NCBI GenBank assembly: GCA_016776605.1
Contig: JADHTB010000002.1
Location: forward strand, 130,842 to 194,841
Direction: 5' to 3'
DNA length: 64,000 nucleotides
Source of the DNA: Alphaproteobacteria bacterium
Lineage (GTDB): Bacteria; Pseudomonadota; Alphaproteobacteria; GCA-2731375
Made by a program: the position numbers and the translations under genes. Shown here one piece after another: positions 10,285 to 20,784 of the stretch; position 1 is the stretch's first letter, and each line of letters begins with the position of its first letter. The notes below the pieces were generated by a model. The model worked only from the letters and a program-made list of their open reading frames with translations. It was not told where the DNA came from and did no database searches.

Positions 10285-11307
10285 ATGACGTTGGCCACAC
10301 CGCTGGCAGCCGTGTTTGGTTGCGCGGGGCCGGTCTTGCAGCCTGACGAAGCCGCATTTTTTCGCGCCAGTAACCCGCTCGGCTTTATCCTATTTGCCCG
10401 TAATTGCGACAATCCGGAACAGATCCGCCGTCTGACCGCTGATTTGCGCGCCGCCGTCGGCCGGGTAGAGGCGCCGGTGCTGATGGATCACGAGGGCGGC
10501 CGTGTGCAACGCTTGCCGCCGCCGCAATGGCGCAAGATACCCCCGGCGGCGATTTTTGGCCGTTTGGCCCAAAACGATATAGAGCTGGCCGAGGCAGCAG
10601 TGACCCTGAATGCCCGCCTGATGGCGCTGGAATTGGCGGATCTGGGCGTTGACGTCGATTGTGTGCCATGTCTGGACGTACAGGACCCCGCCGGGCATCA
10701 GGTTATCGGCGACCGCGCCTTTTCCTCCGATCCGGATGTCGTGGCGCGGCTGGGCCGGGCCCAGGCGGAGGGGTTGCGCCAGGGCGGTGTTTTGCCGGTG
10801 ATCAAGCATATGCCCGGCCATGGCAGGGCCCAGGTAGATAGCCACCTGGAGATGCCGGTTGTCGCGGCGAGCCGGGAGCAATTGAGCAAACAGGATTTTA
10901 GGCCCTTTACCGCCCTGTCCGATTTGCCCCTGGGAATGACCGCGCACCTGCTTTATCCCGCTCTTGACCCGGATCATCCGGCAACCATGTCGAAGATTAT
11001 TATTGCCGAGGTCATCCGGGGTCAGATGGGTTTTGACGGCCTGTTATTTACTGATGACCTGTCCATGCAGGCCTTGGGCGGTGATCTGGGGCAGCGGGCG
11101 GCGGGCGCCCTGGCGGCAGGCTGTGATGTGGCGCTGCATTGCAACGGCAGGGGGGACGAAATGCGGGCCGTGGCCGCTGTCTGCCACGGGCTGTCGGCAA
11201 AGGCCCAAAGCCGCTGGCAACGTGCCCTGGACTGGCGGCGACCAGCCCAGCCGGCACGATATGATGACCTTCTGGCGCGGTTGAATGACCTATTGGCGAC
11301 CTTATAA
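10285..11307 (+). CDS. nagZ: Beta-N-acetylhexosaminidase (GH3)
   Basis: DHEGGRVQR, KHMPGHG...DSH and TDDLSM. Confidence 0.93.
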   Translation: MTLATPLAAVFGCAGPVLQPDEAAFFRASNPLGFILFARNCDNPEQIRRLTADLRAAVGRVEAPVLMDHEGGRVQRLPPPQWRKIPPAAIFGRLAQNDIELAEAAVTLNARLMALELADLGVDVDCVPCLDVQDPAGHQVIGDRAFSSDPDVVARLGRAQAEGLRQGGVLPVIKHMPGHGRAQVDSHLEMPVVAASREQLSKQDFRPFTALSDLPLGMTAHLLYPALDPDHPATMSKIIIAEVIRGQMGFDGLLFTDDLSMQALGGDLGQRAAGALAAGCDVALHCNGRGDEMRAVAAVCHGLSAKAQSRWQRALDWRRPAQPARYDDLLARLNDLLATL

Positions 11308-11398
11308 ATAACGGCTATTTTGCGATGCGCTTTAAGTTACCCACAAGATATTGCGTTAATCGACTTGGCCGGCCGCGCGGATAGGGTATAATCGCGGC

Positions 11399-12244
11399 AT
11401 GAGCGAACGCACCGACCCAAATACCAAATTGAACCCCGCGGCTGCCTCTGACCCGGCCGCCGTCGCTGCTTTTGAAGGGCCGCCACCGGGCTCGGTTCTG
11501 GCAGCGGCAGGGGATGCGGGTTTCCAGGTCACGTTGGATGGCTATGAAGGGCCATTGGATGTGCTGCTAACCCTGTCGCGGCAGCAAAAGCTGGATCTGA
11601 CCCATATCTCGATCCTGGATCTGGCGGAGCAATATCTGGTCTTTGTCGCCGAGGCGCGGCGCCTGCGGTTGGAGGTGGCGGCGGATTATCTGGTCATGGC
11701 GGCCTGGCTGGCCTATTTGAAATCCCGCCTGTTGTTACCCTCCATGCCCGGCGACGACGAACCCACCGGCGAGGAACTGGCCGCCCGCCTGCAACACCAA
11801 TTACTACGGCTGGAGGCTATGCGCGAGGCGGCGGAAACCTTGATGCAACGGCAGCGCCTGGGCGTGGACGTGTTTCCCCGTGGCGCGCCCGAGGGCGTCA
11901 CCATAATCCGGAAATCCCGCTATGACTGTAGCCTCTATGATCTGCTGATGGCCTATGTGGGCCAGGTTGACCGTTCGGAAGTGCTGTCGATCACGCCGCG
12001 TCCACCGGCAATTTTGTCGGTGGATGAGGCCCTGCGCCGGTTATCAATGTTTCTGGGTACGATGCCCGATTGGGCCAGTTTGGAAGCCTTTTTGCCGGCC
12101 GAATTAAAGGCTGGCATGGAAATGCGCTCGGCCCTGGCATCCACCTTCACCGCGTCACTGGAATTGGCGAAACAAGGTCGGCTCAAGCTGCGCCAGGGCC
12201 AGACCTTCGGACCGATTTATATCAAGGAGAGCGAGAGCTCATGA
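11399..12244 (+). CDS. scpA: Segregation/condensation protein A
   Basis: YEGPLDVLL, ADYLVMAAWLAYLKSRLLLP and ASLELAK...Q.QTFGPI. Confidence 0.93.
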   Translation: MSERTDPNTKLNPAAASDPAAVAAFEGPPPGSVLAAAGDAGFQVTLDGYEGPLDVLLTLSRQQKLDLTHISILDLAEQYLVFVAEARRLRLEVAADYLVMAAWLAYLKSRLLLPSMPGDDEPTGEELAARLQHQLLRLEAMREAAETLMQRQRLGVDVFPRGAPEGVTIIRKSRYDCSLYDLLMAYVGQVDRSEVLSITPRPPAILSVDEALRRLSMFLGTMPDWASLEAFLPAELKAGMEMRSALASTFTASLELAKQGRLKLRQGQTFGPIYIKESESS

Positions 12245-13026
12245 CCGCGGACACTGAGCCTACGGAAGATGCGCCCACCGAAGATGCGCGCCCAGAAGAT
12301 GCGTACGCTGAGAACGGGCAGGGGCCCATGGAGACCCCAACAGCCGAAGACGAGGCGGGTTATCCGCGCATGGTCGAGGCATTGTTGTTTGCCGCGACGG
12401 AGCCGCTGGATGTGGCGAGCCTGGAGGCGCACCTGCCGGAGGGGGCCGATGTGCCCGAACTGCTCAGCCAACTGGTGGCGCATTATGCCAACCGTGGCGT
12501 CAACCTGGTGCAGGTGGCCGGAAAATGGGCCATGCGGACGGCGCCCGATTTGCATTTCCTGTTGCAGGAACACCGTCAGCAAAACCGTAAACTGTCCCGC
12601 GCGGCACTGGAAACCCTGGCGATTACCTCCTATCACCAGCCGGTCACCCGGGCCGAGATTGAAGATGTGCGGGGCGTCAGCCTATCCAAGGGTACTTTGG
12701 ATTTATTGATGGAATTGGGCTGGGTACGCATTCGCGGGCGCCGGCGCACGCCGGGACGGCCCGTCACCTATGGCACCACCGAGGGTTTCCTGGAACATTT
12801 TGGCTTTCAGAGTATCAAGGATTTACCCGGCCTGGACGAATTGAAGGCGTCGGGACTGCTGGAAGGGCAGGCGCGCACGGATCTGTTGCCCCTGTCCCAC
12901 CGCGAGCCGGAAGACCCCTTGGAAGACGGTGACGACGGCAGCGAGGCGACCCTGCCCGAGGATGATGCGGCGGACGGCATCGATATGCCGGCGCAATCGG
13001 CTGAAATCATCGATATCCAGGGCTGA
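12241..13026 (+). CDS. scpB: SMC-Scp complex subunit B
   Basis: LSRAALETLAI..YHQPVTRAEIE..RGV and TPGRP..YGTT; ATGA overlap with scpA. Confidence 0.93.
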   Translation: MTADTEPTEDAPTEDARPEDAYAENGQGPMETPTAEDEAGYPRMVEALLFAATEPLDVASLEAHLPEGADVPELLSQLVAHYANRGVNLVQVAGKWAMRTAPDLHFLLQEHRQQNRKLSRAALETLAITSYHQPVTRAEIEDVRGVSLSKGTLDLLMELGWVRIRGRRRTPGRPVTYGTTEGFLEHFGFQSIKDLPGLDELKASGLLEGQARTDLLPLSHREPEDPLEDGDDGSEATLPEDDAADGIDMPAQSAEIIDIQG

Positions 13027-13216
13027 ACGCGGCTCTATACCGCGCGGAATTTGGGCCGGGAGCGGGCCGGGACCAGAACCCGGCTGTGTGATTTTCCTCG
13101 ACGTAATCGATGGCAAAGCTCATATGTTGGTTACATTGCTTCATGGCAGTGCTTCTGCCATATTGCGGCACATCTGGCGGGCGTGACGATACGCCCCGGA
13201 ATACGGAGTTTTACCC

Positions 13217-13447
13217 ATGGGCTTGAGTTTTTGGCAAATCGCGATCGTTGTCTTGTTGGTTGTGTTGCTGTTTGGCCGGGGCAAATTATCGTCCCTGATG
13301 GGTGACCTGGCCAAGGGCATCAAAAGCTTTAAATCCGGCATGGCCGAGGACGATCAGGTGGCATCTGCCTCTAGCGAAAAACTGGATGGCGATGATGCCA
13401 AGCCGGTGCAGGACAGCGCGACCAAGGACGAAGGCGCGAAGAGTTAG
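13217..13447 (+). CDS. tatA: Twin-arginine translocase TatA
   Basis: TM followed by LLFGRGKL...[12 protein letters not shown]. Confidence 0.93.
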   Translation: MGLSFWQIAIVVLLVVLLFGRGKLSSLMGDLAKGIKSFKSGMAEDDQVASASSEKLDGDDAKPVQDSATKDEGAKS

Positions 13448-13549
13448 AGCAATTTTCAATTAATTGAAGTCGCTATCGCGACTTAAAGTGATTGATTCAA
13501 TTGCTCTGTTTTTAAGAGTCTGAGCATGTTTGATTAAAACATGCTCTAG
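13444..13549. repeat. ~105-bp palindromic repeat (MITE/REPIN-like), copy 1
   Basis: Ends TAGAGC...GCTCTAG; reverse complement aligns with 20273-20377 and 45472-45575; overlaps the tatA TAG stop. Confidence 0.85.
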
Positions 13550-13614
13550 GCTATCCGTCGCCGCGCCGCTGGCTATTCGAAGCGGCTGAATGCGGCCCGA
13601 GGGGATCTGGCGCC

Positions 13615-14088
13615 ATGCTGGACATAGGTTGGAGCGAAATGTTGATGATCGCCGTGGTGGCGATCGTGGTCATTGGGCCCAAGGATCTGCCGCGCACCCT
13701 GCGCACCATCGGTCAATGGATCGGTAAGGCGCGGGCCATGACCCGTGACCTGCAAAATAGCGTTAGTGATATGATCGCCGATTCCGAATTGGACGAGCTG
13801 CGCAAGGTTTCCAACAGCATTGGCGATTTCAACCCGGAGGGTTATCTTAACAAACCCATCGACGGCGGGACGGCGTGGTCGGGTGGGCAAAGCGGGGATG
13901 ATGACAATCCCCCCCCGACGTCAAGCTCGACGTCAAGCCCGCCGCCATACCCGATGCAATGGCCACCCGATGATGGCGCCGATGCGGCGATGACGGAGGC
14001 GGCGGACCGGGCGCCGGATATTATCGTCGATGACGAGGCCGAAGCCGGCACGCCCCCAAATACGCCCCCTAAAAACACGGACGTCTAG
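13615..14088 (+). CDS. tatB: Twin-arginine translocase TatB
   Basis: MLDIGWSEM...VVIGPKDLP. Confidence 0.93.
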   Translation: MLDIGWSEMLMIAVVAIVVIGPKDLPRTLRTIGQWIGKARAMTRDLQNSVSDMIADSELDELRKVSNSIGDFNPEGYLNKPIDGGTAWSGGQSGDDDNPPPTSSSTSSPPPYPMQWPPDDGADAAMTEAADRAPDIIVDDEAEAGTPPNTPPKNTDV

Positions 14089-14090
14089 CC

Positions 14091-14924
14091 GTGTCTCAGG
14101 AAAAGATTGAGGGCGATCCCGAGAGCGATCCCGAACTTGGGGAAGAGGACGAAGTTGAAGCCGAAAAGATGCCCCTGATCGAGCATCTGGTGGAACTGCG
14201 CAATCGTCTGCTGTGGTCTATCGGCGCCTTGGTGGTCGGCTTTGTGCTTTGCTATTTGGTGGCCGAAGACATCTATGCCTTCCTGGTGCAGCCCCTGGCG
14301 GATGTGATGGAGGGGCAACCGGGCCGGCGTCTGATCTATACCGGCCTGCACGAGGCCTTCTTCACCTATCTGAAAGTGGCCTTTTTCGGCTCCGTCTGCT
14401 TGACCTTTCCCATTGTTGCCGGACAAATCTGGGCCTTCATCGCGCCGGGATTATACAAACAGGAACGCCGCGCCTTTTTGCCCTTTTTACTGGCCACGCC
14501 GGTGTTGTTCCTGTTGGGCGCTTCGCTGGTCTATTACCTGATCTTTCCCCTGGCCTGGAAGTTCTTCCTCAGCTTCGAGAGCCCCGGTGGCGCTCACATG
14601 CTGGCCATTCAGATGGAGCCCAAGGTCAACGAATATCTGTCCCTGGTGATGAAATTGATCTTCGCTTTCGGCCTGTCGTTCCAGCTTCCCGTGGTCCTGA
14701 TGCTGATGGCCCGGGCCGGCCTGGTAACCGCCAAGGGGCTGGCGGAAAAGCGCAAATACGCCGTCATCATTACCTTTGCCGCGGCCGCGATATTGACGCC
14801 GCCCGACGTGATCAGCCAGATCGGCCTGGGCATCCCCATCCTGGTGCTCTACGAAATCTCCATCCTGGGGGCCCGCATGGTAGAGAAAAAACGCGCCGAA
14901 CGCGAAGCCGCCGACGACACGTAA
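14091..14924 (+). CDS. tatC: Twin-arginine translocase TatC
   Basis: MPLIEHLVELRNRL, FIAPGLYKQER and LTPPD; GTG start. Confidence 0.95.
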   Translation: MSQEKIEGDPESDPELGEEDEVEAEKMPLIEHLVELRNRLLWSIGALVVGFVLCYLVAEDIYAFLVQPLADVMEGQPGRRLIYTGLHEAFFTYLKVAFFGSVCLTFPIVAGQIWAFIAPGLYKQERRAFLPFLLATPVLFLLGASLVYYLIFPLAWKFFLSFESPGGAHMLAIQMEPKVNEYLSLVMKLIFAFGLSFQLPVVLMLMARAGLVTAKGLAEKRKYAVIITFAAAAILTPPDVISQIGLGIPILVLYEISILGARMVEKKRAEREAADDT

Positions 14925-14934
14925 TAGCGCGCCT

Positions 14935-16101
14935 TCAGCCTAAACCGGCGCCCATCAGGTCGACGAAATTGTCGTGGTAGAAGCGCTCTTTGGCGCGCGG
15001 CGTGGCGTTTTCCAGGCTGGCGTCAAAGCGTTTGATGGGTGCCCGGCCGCCTTCCACGTGGGGGTAGTCGGAGGAAAACAGACAGACCTCCTCGCCGACC
15101 TGATCAATCACCCAGCCGGTATCCTCGGTGGGATAAGGCGTGATGCGGATTTGCCGTTTGACGTATTCGCTGGGCCGCAGGCTTAACTTGCGCAGGCGTT
15201 CTTCGTGGCGGGCAAAGGCCTCGTGGGCCGCGTCCAACTGCTGCATCATGCTCGGCAGCCAGACCGAGCCCATTTCCACAATGCCGAATTTCAGATTTGG
15301 GTGCGCCTCGAAGATGCCGTCGATGATCAGGGTCGCCAGGGTTTGCGCTGTGGGGCGGGGAATGGCCATGTAATCCACCGAACGAAAGTTCTCCGCCCCG
15401 CCGTGAAAATCCTTTACCGGGGGCAGGCCGTTCGCAAAATATTTCGGGTCCAGTAATTGCCCGCCGCCGCCCACGTGCATGACAATGGGCAGGCCGGCTT
15501 CCTCCGCCTGCCGCCAAAGCGGGAACAGGCCGGTATGGCTGGGCGAATGCTGGGCCGGGCAGGCGGATGGCACCAGGATGGCCTTGGCCCCGGCCTTGAT
15601 CGCCTCGGCGGTGAAGGCCGCCGTGCGTTCGAAATCCATCAACGGCACATAACAGGCCGCCAGCAGGCGCCGGTCCACGGAACAAAAATCCAGCATGGCC
15701 CGGTTATGGGCCCGCGCCGCGCCATAGGCCAGGTCCAGATCATCGCCCATTTCCAGATCCAGCAGATAAGCATTCCAAAAAGTATTGAACATCAACTGGC
15801 TTTTGAAGCCCAACAGATCCAGGGCCGTCCCCCGGTCTTGCTTCAGGAACGAGCCGGTGGCGTGCCAGTTCTTGCGGCGCATGATCTCGACCTCGTCATT
15901 GGCCCGATAGTCGGGATCAATATGGCTTTGCCGCACCTCGGCGAACATTTCGCCCGCACCTTCGCCGCCCATCAGGTGGGCGAACTGGTGGCTGCCGATG
16001 CGCTCCCGCAGATCCGGATCGGCGAAGTCCGCCAACATTTCCGGCGTTTCCATTATATGGGCGTCGGCATCGTGGATGGCCCGCGCGGTTACATAAGGCA
16101 T
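14935..16101 (-). CDS. Amidohydrolase-2 family protein
   Basis: DADAHIME, MHVG and FSSDYPHVEG. Confidence 0.85.
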   Translation of the reverse strand: MPYVTARAIHDADAHIMETPEMLADFADPDLRERIGSHQFAHLMGGEGAGEMFAEVRQSHIDPDYRANDEVEIMRRKNWHATGSFLKQDRGTALDLLGFKSQLMFNTFWNAYLLDLEMGDDLDLAYGAARAHNRAMLDFCSVDRRLLAACYVPLMDFERTAAFTAEAIKAGAKAILVPSACPAQHSPSHTGLFPLWRQAEEAGLPIVMHVGGGGQLLDPKYFANGLPPVKDFHGGAENFRSVDYMAIPRPTAQTLATLIIDGIFEAHPNLKFGIVEMGSVWLPSMMQQLDAAHEAFARHEERLRKLSLRPSEYVKRQIRITPYPTEDTGWVIDQVGEEVCLFSSDYPHVEGGRAPIKRFDASLENATPRAKERFYHDNFVDLMGAGLG

Positions 16102-16229
16102 TTTTTGAATCCCCTGAATGCTACATCGGATGACATAGCATATTATTGCGTAATAGTCGCCAATGGCGGCGGCAATCTGCTATAAACGGTGGCCGCAGGG
16201 CGAATAACAACAAAACAGGGAGACCAGCC

Positions 16230-18029
16230 ATGGCCGAGAAAGAGACGAAGATCAAACTGCGCAGTCAGCGCTGGTTCAACGATCCCGATCATCAGGAAAT
16301 GTCGGCGCTGTATCTGGAGCGTTATCTTAATTTCGGCCTGACGCCGGAAGAGCTGCGATCGGGCCGCCCCATTATCGGTATCGCCCAAACGGGCAGTGAT
16401 TTATCCCCCTGCAACCGCCATCATATTGAATTGGCCAAGCGGGTGCGGGACGGCATTATTTTTGCCGGCGGCGTACCGATCGAATTTCCCGTGCATCCCA
16501 TTCAGGAAACCGGCAAGCGGCCGACGGCGGCCCTGGACCGCAATCTGCAATATCTGTCTTTGGTCGAGGTGCTGCACGGCTATCCCATTGATGGCGTGGT
16601 TTTGACCACGGGTTGCGATAAGACCACGCCGGCCATGTTGATGGGGGCGGCGACGGTGAATATTCCCGCTATCGCGCTGCCCGGCGGTCCTATGCTGAAC
16701 GGCCATCACGAAGGCAAAAGCACCGGCTCGGGCACCGTTGTCTGGGATGCCCGCGTCAAGCTTGCCGCCGGTGAAATCGATATTGATAAGTTTGTCGAAC
16801 TGGTCGCTTCCTCGGCGCAAAGCGCCGGCCACTGCAATACAATGGGTACGGCGACATCCATGAATTCGTTGGCCGAGGCCTTGGGCATGACGCTGACAGG
16901 AGGTGCGGCAATTCCCGCGCCCTATCGGGAGCGGGGACAATGCGCTTACCGCACGGGCCTGCGGATCGTGGATATGGTGCATGAGAATTTGCGCCCTTCG
17001 GACGTGCTGACCCGTGACGCTTTTCTCAACGCCATTGTCACGTCTTCGGCTATTGGCGGATCGTCCAATTGTCCGATCCATCTGGCCGCCATCTCGCGGC
17101 ATATGGGGGTGGAGCTCTCCCTGGAGGATTGGCAAAGCCACGGCCACGACATTCCCCTATTGGTCAACCTGCAACCCGCCGGTGAGTATCTCGGCGAGGA
17201 TTACCACAAGGCCGGCGGCGTGCCCCGGGTGATGCTCGAATTGAAGGGCGCGGGCAAATTGATTGAAAGCGCCATGACCGTCACCGGCAAGACCATGGGC
17301 GAGAACCTGGATGCCGCCCATGCCGCCAGCCCCTACGTCAATCGCGACGTCATCAAGCCCTATGACCAGCCCATGATGGCCAAGGCCGGCTTTGTCGTAC
17401 TGTCGGGCAATCTGTTCGATAGCGCGGTGATGAAAACTTCCGTCATCGACGAGGCCTTCCGGGGCCGTTATCTTTCCAAGGCGGGCGATGAGGATGCCTT
17501 CGAGGCGCGTGCCATCGTCTTCGAGGGACCGGAGGATTACCATGCGCGGATCAATGACCCGGCCTTGGAGATCGACGCGCATAGCATTCTGGTGATCAGG
17601 GGCAGTGGCCCCGTGGGCTATCCCGGCTCGGCCGAGGTGGTAAACATGACGCCGCCCGATGCCCTGGCGGCCCAAGGTATCACGGATCTGGCCTGCATGG
17701 GGGATGGCCGGCAAAGCGGTACCTCGGGCAGTCCGTCAATTCTCAATGTCTCGCCGGAAAGCGCGGTTGGTGGTGGTCTGGCAATCCTGGAAACCGGCGA
17801 CAAGGTGCGGGTCGATCTGAACAAGCGCACCGTTGATGTGATGTTGCCGCCCGACGAGATGCAGACGCGCAAGGCTGCCTGGACCGCGAATTTCCCCGGC
17901 TCGCAAACCCCATGGGAGGAGATCTACCGTTCCATGGTGGGGCAGTTGCAAACCGGTGCCTGTCTGGAACCGGCCACCATGTTCGTCAACATCATCGAGG
18001 AACGGGGCGAGTCCCGGGATTCGCACTAG
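16230..18029 (+). CDS. IlvD/Edd family dehydratase (sugar-acid dehydratase type)
   Basis: [25 protein letters not shown] and GDGRQSGTS. Confidence 0.9.
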   Translation: MAEKETKIKLRSQRWFNDPDHQEMSALYLERYLNFGLTPEELRSGRPIIGIAQTGSDLSPCNRHHIELAKRVRDGIIFAGGVPIEFPVHPIQETGKRPTAALDRNLQYLSLVEVLHGYPIDGVVLTTGCDKTTPAMLMGAATVNIPAIALPGGPMLNGHHEGKSTGSGTVVWDARVKLAAGEIDIDKFVELVASSAQSAGHCNTMGTATSMNSLAEALGMTLTGGAAIPAPYRERGQCAYRTGLRIVDMVHENLRPSDVLTRDAFLNAIVTSSAIGGSSNCPIHLAAISRHMGVELSLEDWQSHGHDIPLLVNLQPAGEYLGEDYHKAGGVPRVMLELKGAGKLIESAMTVTGKTMGENLDAAHAASPYVNRDVIKPYDQPMMAKAGFVVLSGNLFDSAVMKTSVIDEAFRGRYLSKAGDEDAFEARAIVFEGPEDYHARINDPALEIDAHSILVIRGSGPVGYPGSAEVVNMTPPDALAAQGITDLACMGDGRQSGTSGSPSILNVSPESAVGGGLAILETGDKVRVDLNKRTVDVMLPPDEMQTRKAAWTANFPGSQTPWEEIYRSMVGQLQTGACLEPATMFVNIIEERGESRDSH

Positions 18030-18037
18030 GGGGTACC

Positions 18038-18940
18038 ATGAATAATTGTGTGCACGACCATAGCCGTTGGGGGCCAGGCGATCAGCTTGGCGCGGCGAAC
18101 CAGCTAACGCCGGAGATGACCCTGGCGGCCCTGAGCATGGCCAGAAGCGGCCAGGTGCTGGATCTGAGCCAGGTGATCGAGAATGGTGCGCCGTTTATGG
18201 CGCCCAATCAAACCCCGTATGTGATCCACTCCGGCGCCACGGCGCGTAACAGCAAGAAAATTCGCGCCTCCATGGGCGCCACCAACGAGGTGGGCGCCAA
18301 TCTGGAACGCGTTGGGATGACCATGCACGTGGGCACTCATATTGATGCCCTGGGCCATTTCAGTATTGGCGAGCATTTGTATGGCGGCCATCATATCGAC
18401 GAAAGCGTTGGCGATTTTGGTTTGCTGAACCTGGGCATCGAACATATCCCGCCGATGATTACCCGTGGGCTGTGCCTCGATGTTTCCGGCCTGGATGGCG
18501 GCGAACATCTTGGCGTTGGGCGGCCGGTTAGCGCTGATGACCTGAAACGATGTTGCGAGGCCCAGGACATAGCGCCCCAGGCCGGCGATGCGGTGTTGGT
18601 CAACACCGGTTGGGGCCGCTATTTCATGGTTGATAACGGTAAATATCTGGAAGGTGAGCCGGGCCTGGATGTCGGCGCGGCCCAATGGCTGACTGAACAG
18701 GGCGTGGTGGCAATCGGCGCCGACAACATGGCCCTGGAAGTGCTGCCCGGCACCAACCACCCGGAGATCATGATGCCCGTGCATCAGCATTGCCTGGTCG
18801 AGGCCGGGGTTCATATTATCGAGAACATGGTATTGGCCGATCTGGCCCGCGACGGCGTCAGTAGCTTTTGCTTTATCCTGTTGCCAGTCAAATTCAAGGG
18901 CGCCACGGGTTGTCCGGTACGGCCCGTCGCTATTCTGTAG
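18038..18940 (+). CDS. Cyclase / kynurenine formamidase-like metal hydrolase (intact copy A)
   Basis: WGPGDQLGAAN, HVGTHIDALGH, HIIEN and GATGCPVRPVA. Confidence 0.88.
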   Translation: MNNCVHDHSRWGPGDQLGAANQLTPEMTLAALSMARSGQVLDLSQVIENGAPFMAPNQTPYVIHSGATARNSKKIRASMGATNEVGANLERVGMTMHVGTHIDALGHFSIGEHLYGGHHIDESVGDFGLLNLGIEHIPPMITRGLCLDVSGLDGGEHLGVGRPVSADDLKRCCEAQDIAPQAGDAVLVNTGWGRYFMVDNGKYLEGEPGLDVGAAQWLTEQGVVAIGADNMALEVLPGTNHPEIMMPVHQHCLVEAGVHIIENMVLADLARDGVSSFCFILLPVKFKGATGCPVRPVAIL

Positions 18941-19058
18941 GATGGCGCTAGCGCCCGGTTTCGCGGGCAAGGCGACGGCGGGGTGTTAATACCGGGTAGC
19001 GCTGCCGTCCACCCGGTCATTGCCGGCAGGAAGAAAAATAGTCGAAAGGAAGGCGCAT

Positions 19059-19448
19059 ATGGCAACGGCGATTGATTTGGAAACCGCGCTGGCTGAAAGA
19101 ACGACCTTCTTGGAAGGCCGCACCCGGCATACCGACACCACGGGCTATTTTGCCAGACTCGCTGACTACCGGGACGGCGGTATCTTTGCGGCTGGGTTTT
19201 CCGGAACCTCGCAATGGGAACGCCACCCGAATGGCGACGAAATCGTTCAAATTCTGAAAGGCAGCGTCAGCTTGACGCTGCGAACGGCCGGGGGCGACGA
19301 AAAACTAGATTTGAAAGCCGGCATGATCGTTATAGTGCCGCAAGGAATTTGGCACCAGTTCACGGCGCCCGATGGTGTCACCCTCATGACCACGACACCG
19401 CAACCAACAGAACACATCAGCGACGCGGAACCGCCCTTGGACGATTAG
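19059..19448 (+). CDS. Cupin domain protein (copy A)
   Basis: WERHPNGDE and VPQGIWH cupin motifs. Confidence 0.85.
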   Translation: MATAIDLETALAERTTFLEGRTRHTDTTGYFARLADYRDGGIFAAGFSGTSQWERHPNGDEIVQILKGSVSLTLRTAGGDEKLDLKAGMIVIVPQGIWHQFTAPDGVTLMTTTPQPTEHISDAEPPLDD

Positions 19449-19745
19449 AGGGCGCGAACATCCCAGAACCGCCCGGAACCGCTCTAAGAGCAACCCTTCA
19501 GGGAATTCTAATAAACGGTATCGTTTGAAAACAGTTACGTATAAAAGCAGTCCTTCAACTCGGAGCTGGTCGAATTAAAAACTGCCCAGCATTTTTTGGC
19601 ATGCATCCGCTATAGTTTGTTTGTCTTCACGTCTGTCCGATTCAAAGTTTGATTCCATCATCATGAGTCTTATTATTGCAGTGCTAATTCTTGCAAAATT
19701 GCTGATTTCCCCAAAATTCAATAGTGAACCGCTTTGGAATAGATT

Positions 19746-20246
19746 GTGAGTCGCCTAGAAAGCGCTATTCGCCGCCTACAGGCGCAGAGGGTTTGCATGG
19801 ATTGGGCCGCTGCCGAAATCTCGGCGCTACCAGGTCCAGTTCTGGAATTCGGTCTGGGAAATGGTCGTACCTATGATCATTTGCGCAGCTGCATGCCCGG
19901 GCGTGAGATTTTCGTCTTTGACTGCCAAATTGCTGCTCATCCCGATTGCGTGCCCGATCGCCGCCATCTGTTGCTGGGCGATGTTCGCAAAACACTTTTC
20001 GGCGCTTTGAGCCGCATCGGCGCGCAAGCAGCGTTGGCCCATTACGATATTGGGACTGGAGACAAATCTTACACAGCTGAGGTAGCCGCCGCTGTCGGGT
20101 CGGCGCTGGCACCCTTGCTGGCGTGTGGGGCACTGGTGGTGTCGAGTCAAATGCTGGTCATTCCGGGCAGCTTGGAAGTGCCGTTGCCCAAGGGTGTTGC
20201 ACCCAGCCGCTATTACATCTATCGCATGGGTTCGCCTTTGCTATAG
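19746..20246 (+). CDS. Class I SAM-dependent methyltransferase (small alphaproteobacterial type)
   Basis: SRLESAIRRLQAQR, VLEFGLGNGRTYDHLR and HPDC.P; GTG start. Confidence 0.8.
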   Translation: MSRLESAIRRLQAQRVCMDWAAAEISALPGPVLEFGLGNGRTYDHLRSCMPGREIFVFDCQIAAHPDCVPDRRHLLLGDVRKTLFGALSRIGAQAALAHYDIGTGDKSYTAEVAAAVGSALAPLLACGALVVSSQMLVIPGSLEVPLPKGVAPSRYYIYRMGSPLL

Positions 20247-20272
20247 GTGAAACCCTCCGGCGTCGTGGTGAT

Positions 20273-20377
20273 CCAGAGCGCATTCGAAGAAAATGCGCTC
20301 AGACTCTTTAAAACAGAGCAATTGAACCAATCACTTACGTCGCGAGAGCGGCTCCAGTTAACTGAAAATTGCTCTAG
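20273..20377. repeat. ~105-bp palindromic repeat, copy 2
   Basis: gagcgcatt..aatgcgctc-agactct..agagcaatt..gtcgc..gcggc..aattgctctag. Confidence 0.85.
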
Positions 20378-20499
20378 GTAATGAACGGCGCGCCCGCGCC
20401 CCTGCGGCAATCGCTGCAATGGCTGACCACCAGAATGGGTGAGGCGTTCATGGCATAGCGTATGGCGCCGCAAAGGCAGTTGCCCGTCATCTGCGTCAT
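20374..20499 (-). pseudogene. GFA/CENP-V family gene, 5' fragment ending at repeat copy 2
   Basis: MTQMTGNCLCGAIRY...SHCSDCRRGAGAPFIT*; the stop is the repeat's terminal TAG. Confidence 0.75.
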
Positions 20500-20518
20500 A
20501 AAATTTCACTCGGTTGTA

Positions 20519-20719
20519 TCACCAGACGCCGAAGAAAAAGCCGCGCGCCTTGGCTTTGCCGGTGCGCTGCTCCACCATCTCGTGGGTCAGGGTCGTGCGC
20601 ATGCGCCGGTTGCGCAGCCAGTGAAATAATTTTTCCTGCAACAGGGCGCGTTGTTCCCCATGGGCCGGATCGGCGCCCAGGTCGTTTTGCTCAGACGGGT
20701 CTGCGGCCAGGTGGAGCAA
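20519..20719 (-). pseudogene. Sulfatase 3'-end duplicate 1
   Basis: HLAADPSEQNDLGADP...RGFFFGVW, nearly identical to the C-terminus of 26582-28159. Confidence 0.9.
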
Positions 20720-20784
20720 CAGCGGAAGTCTTTGTTGGCGCCTATTACCAGCGTTGTGCGCCAGGAGCCGACATTGATTGCAAG

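Noticed and set aside
19466..19745. AT-rich stretch beginning gctctaagagcaacccttcagggaattc as an IS end
   Set aside because: I found no matching second end or transposase; it can only be called the AT-rich leader of the cargo methyltransferase.
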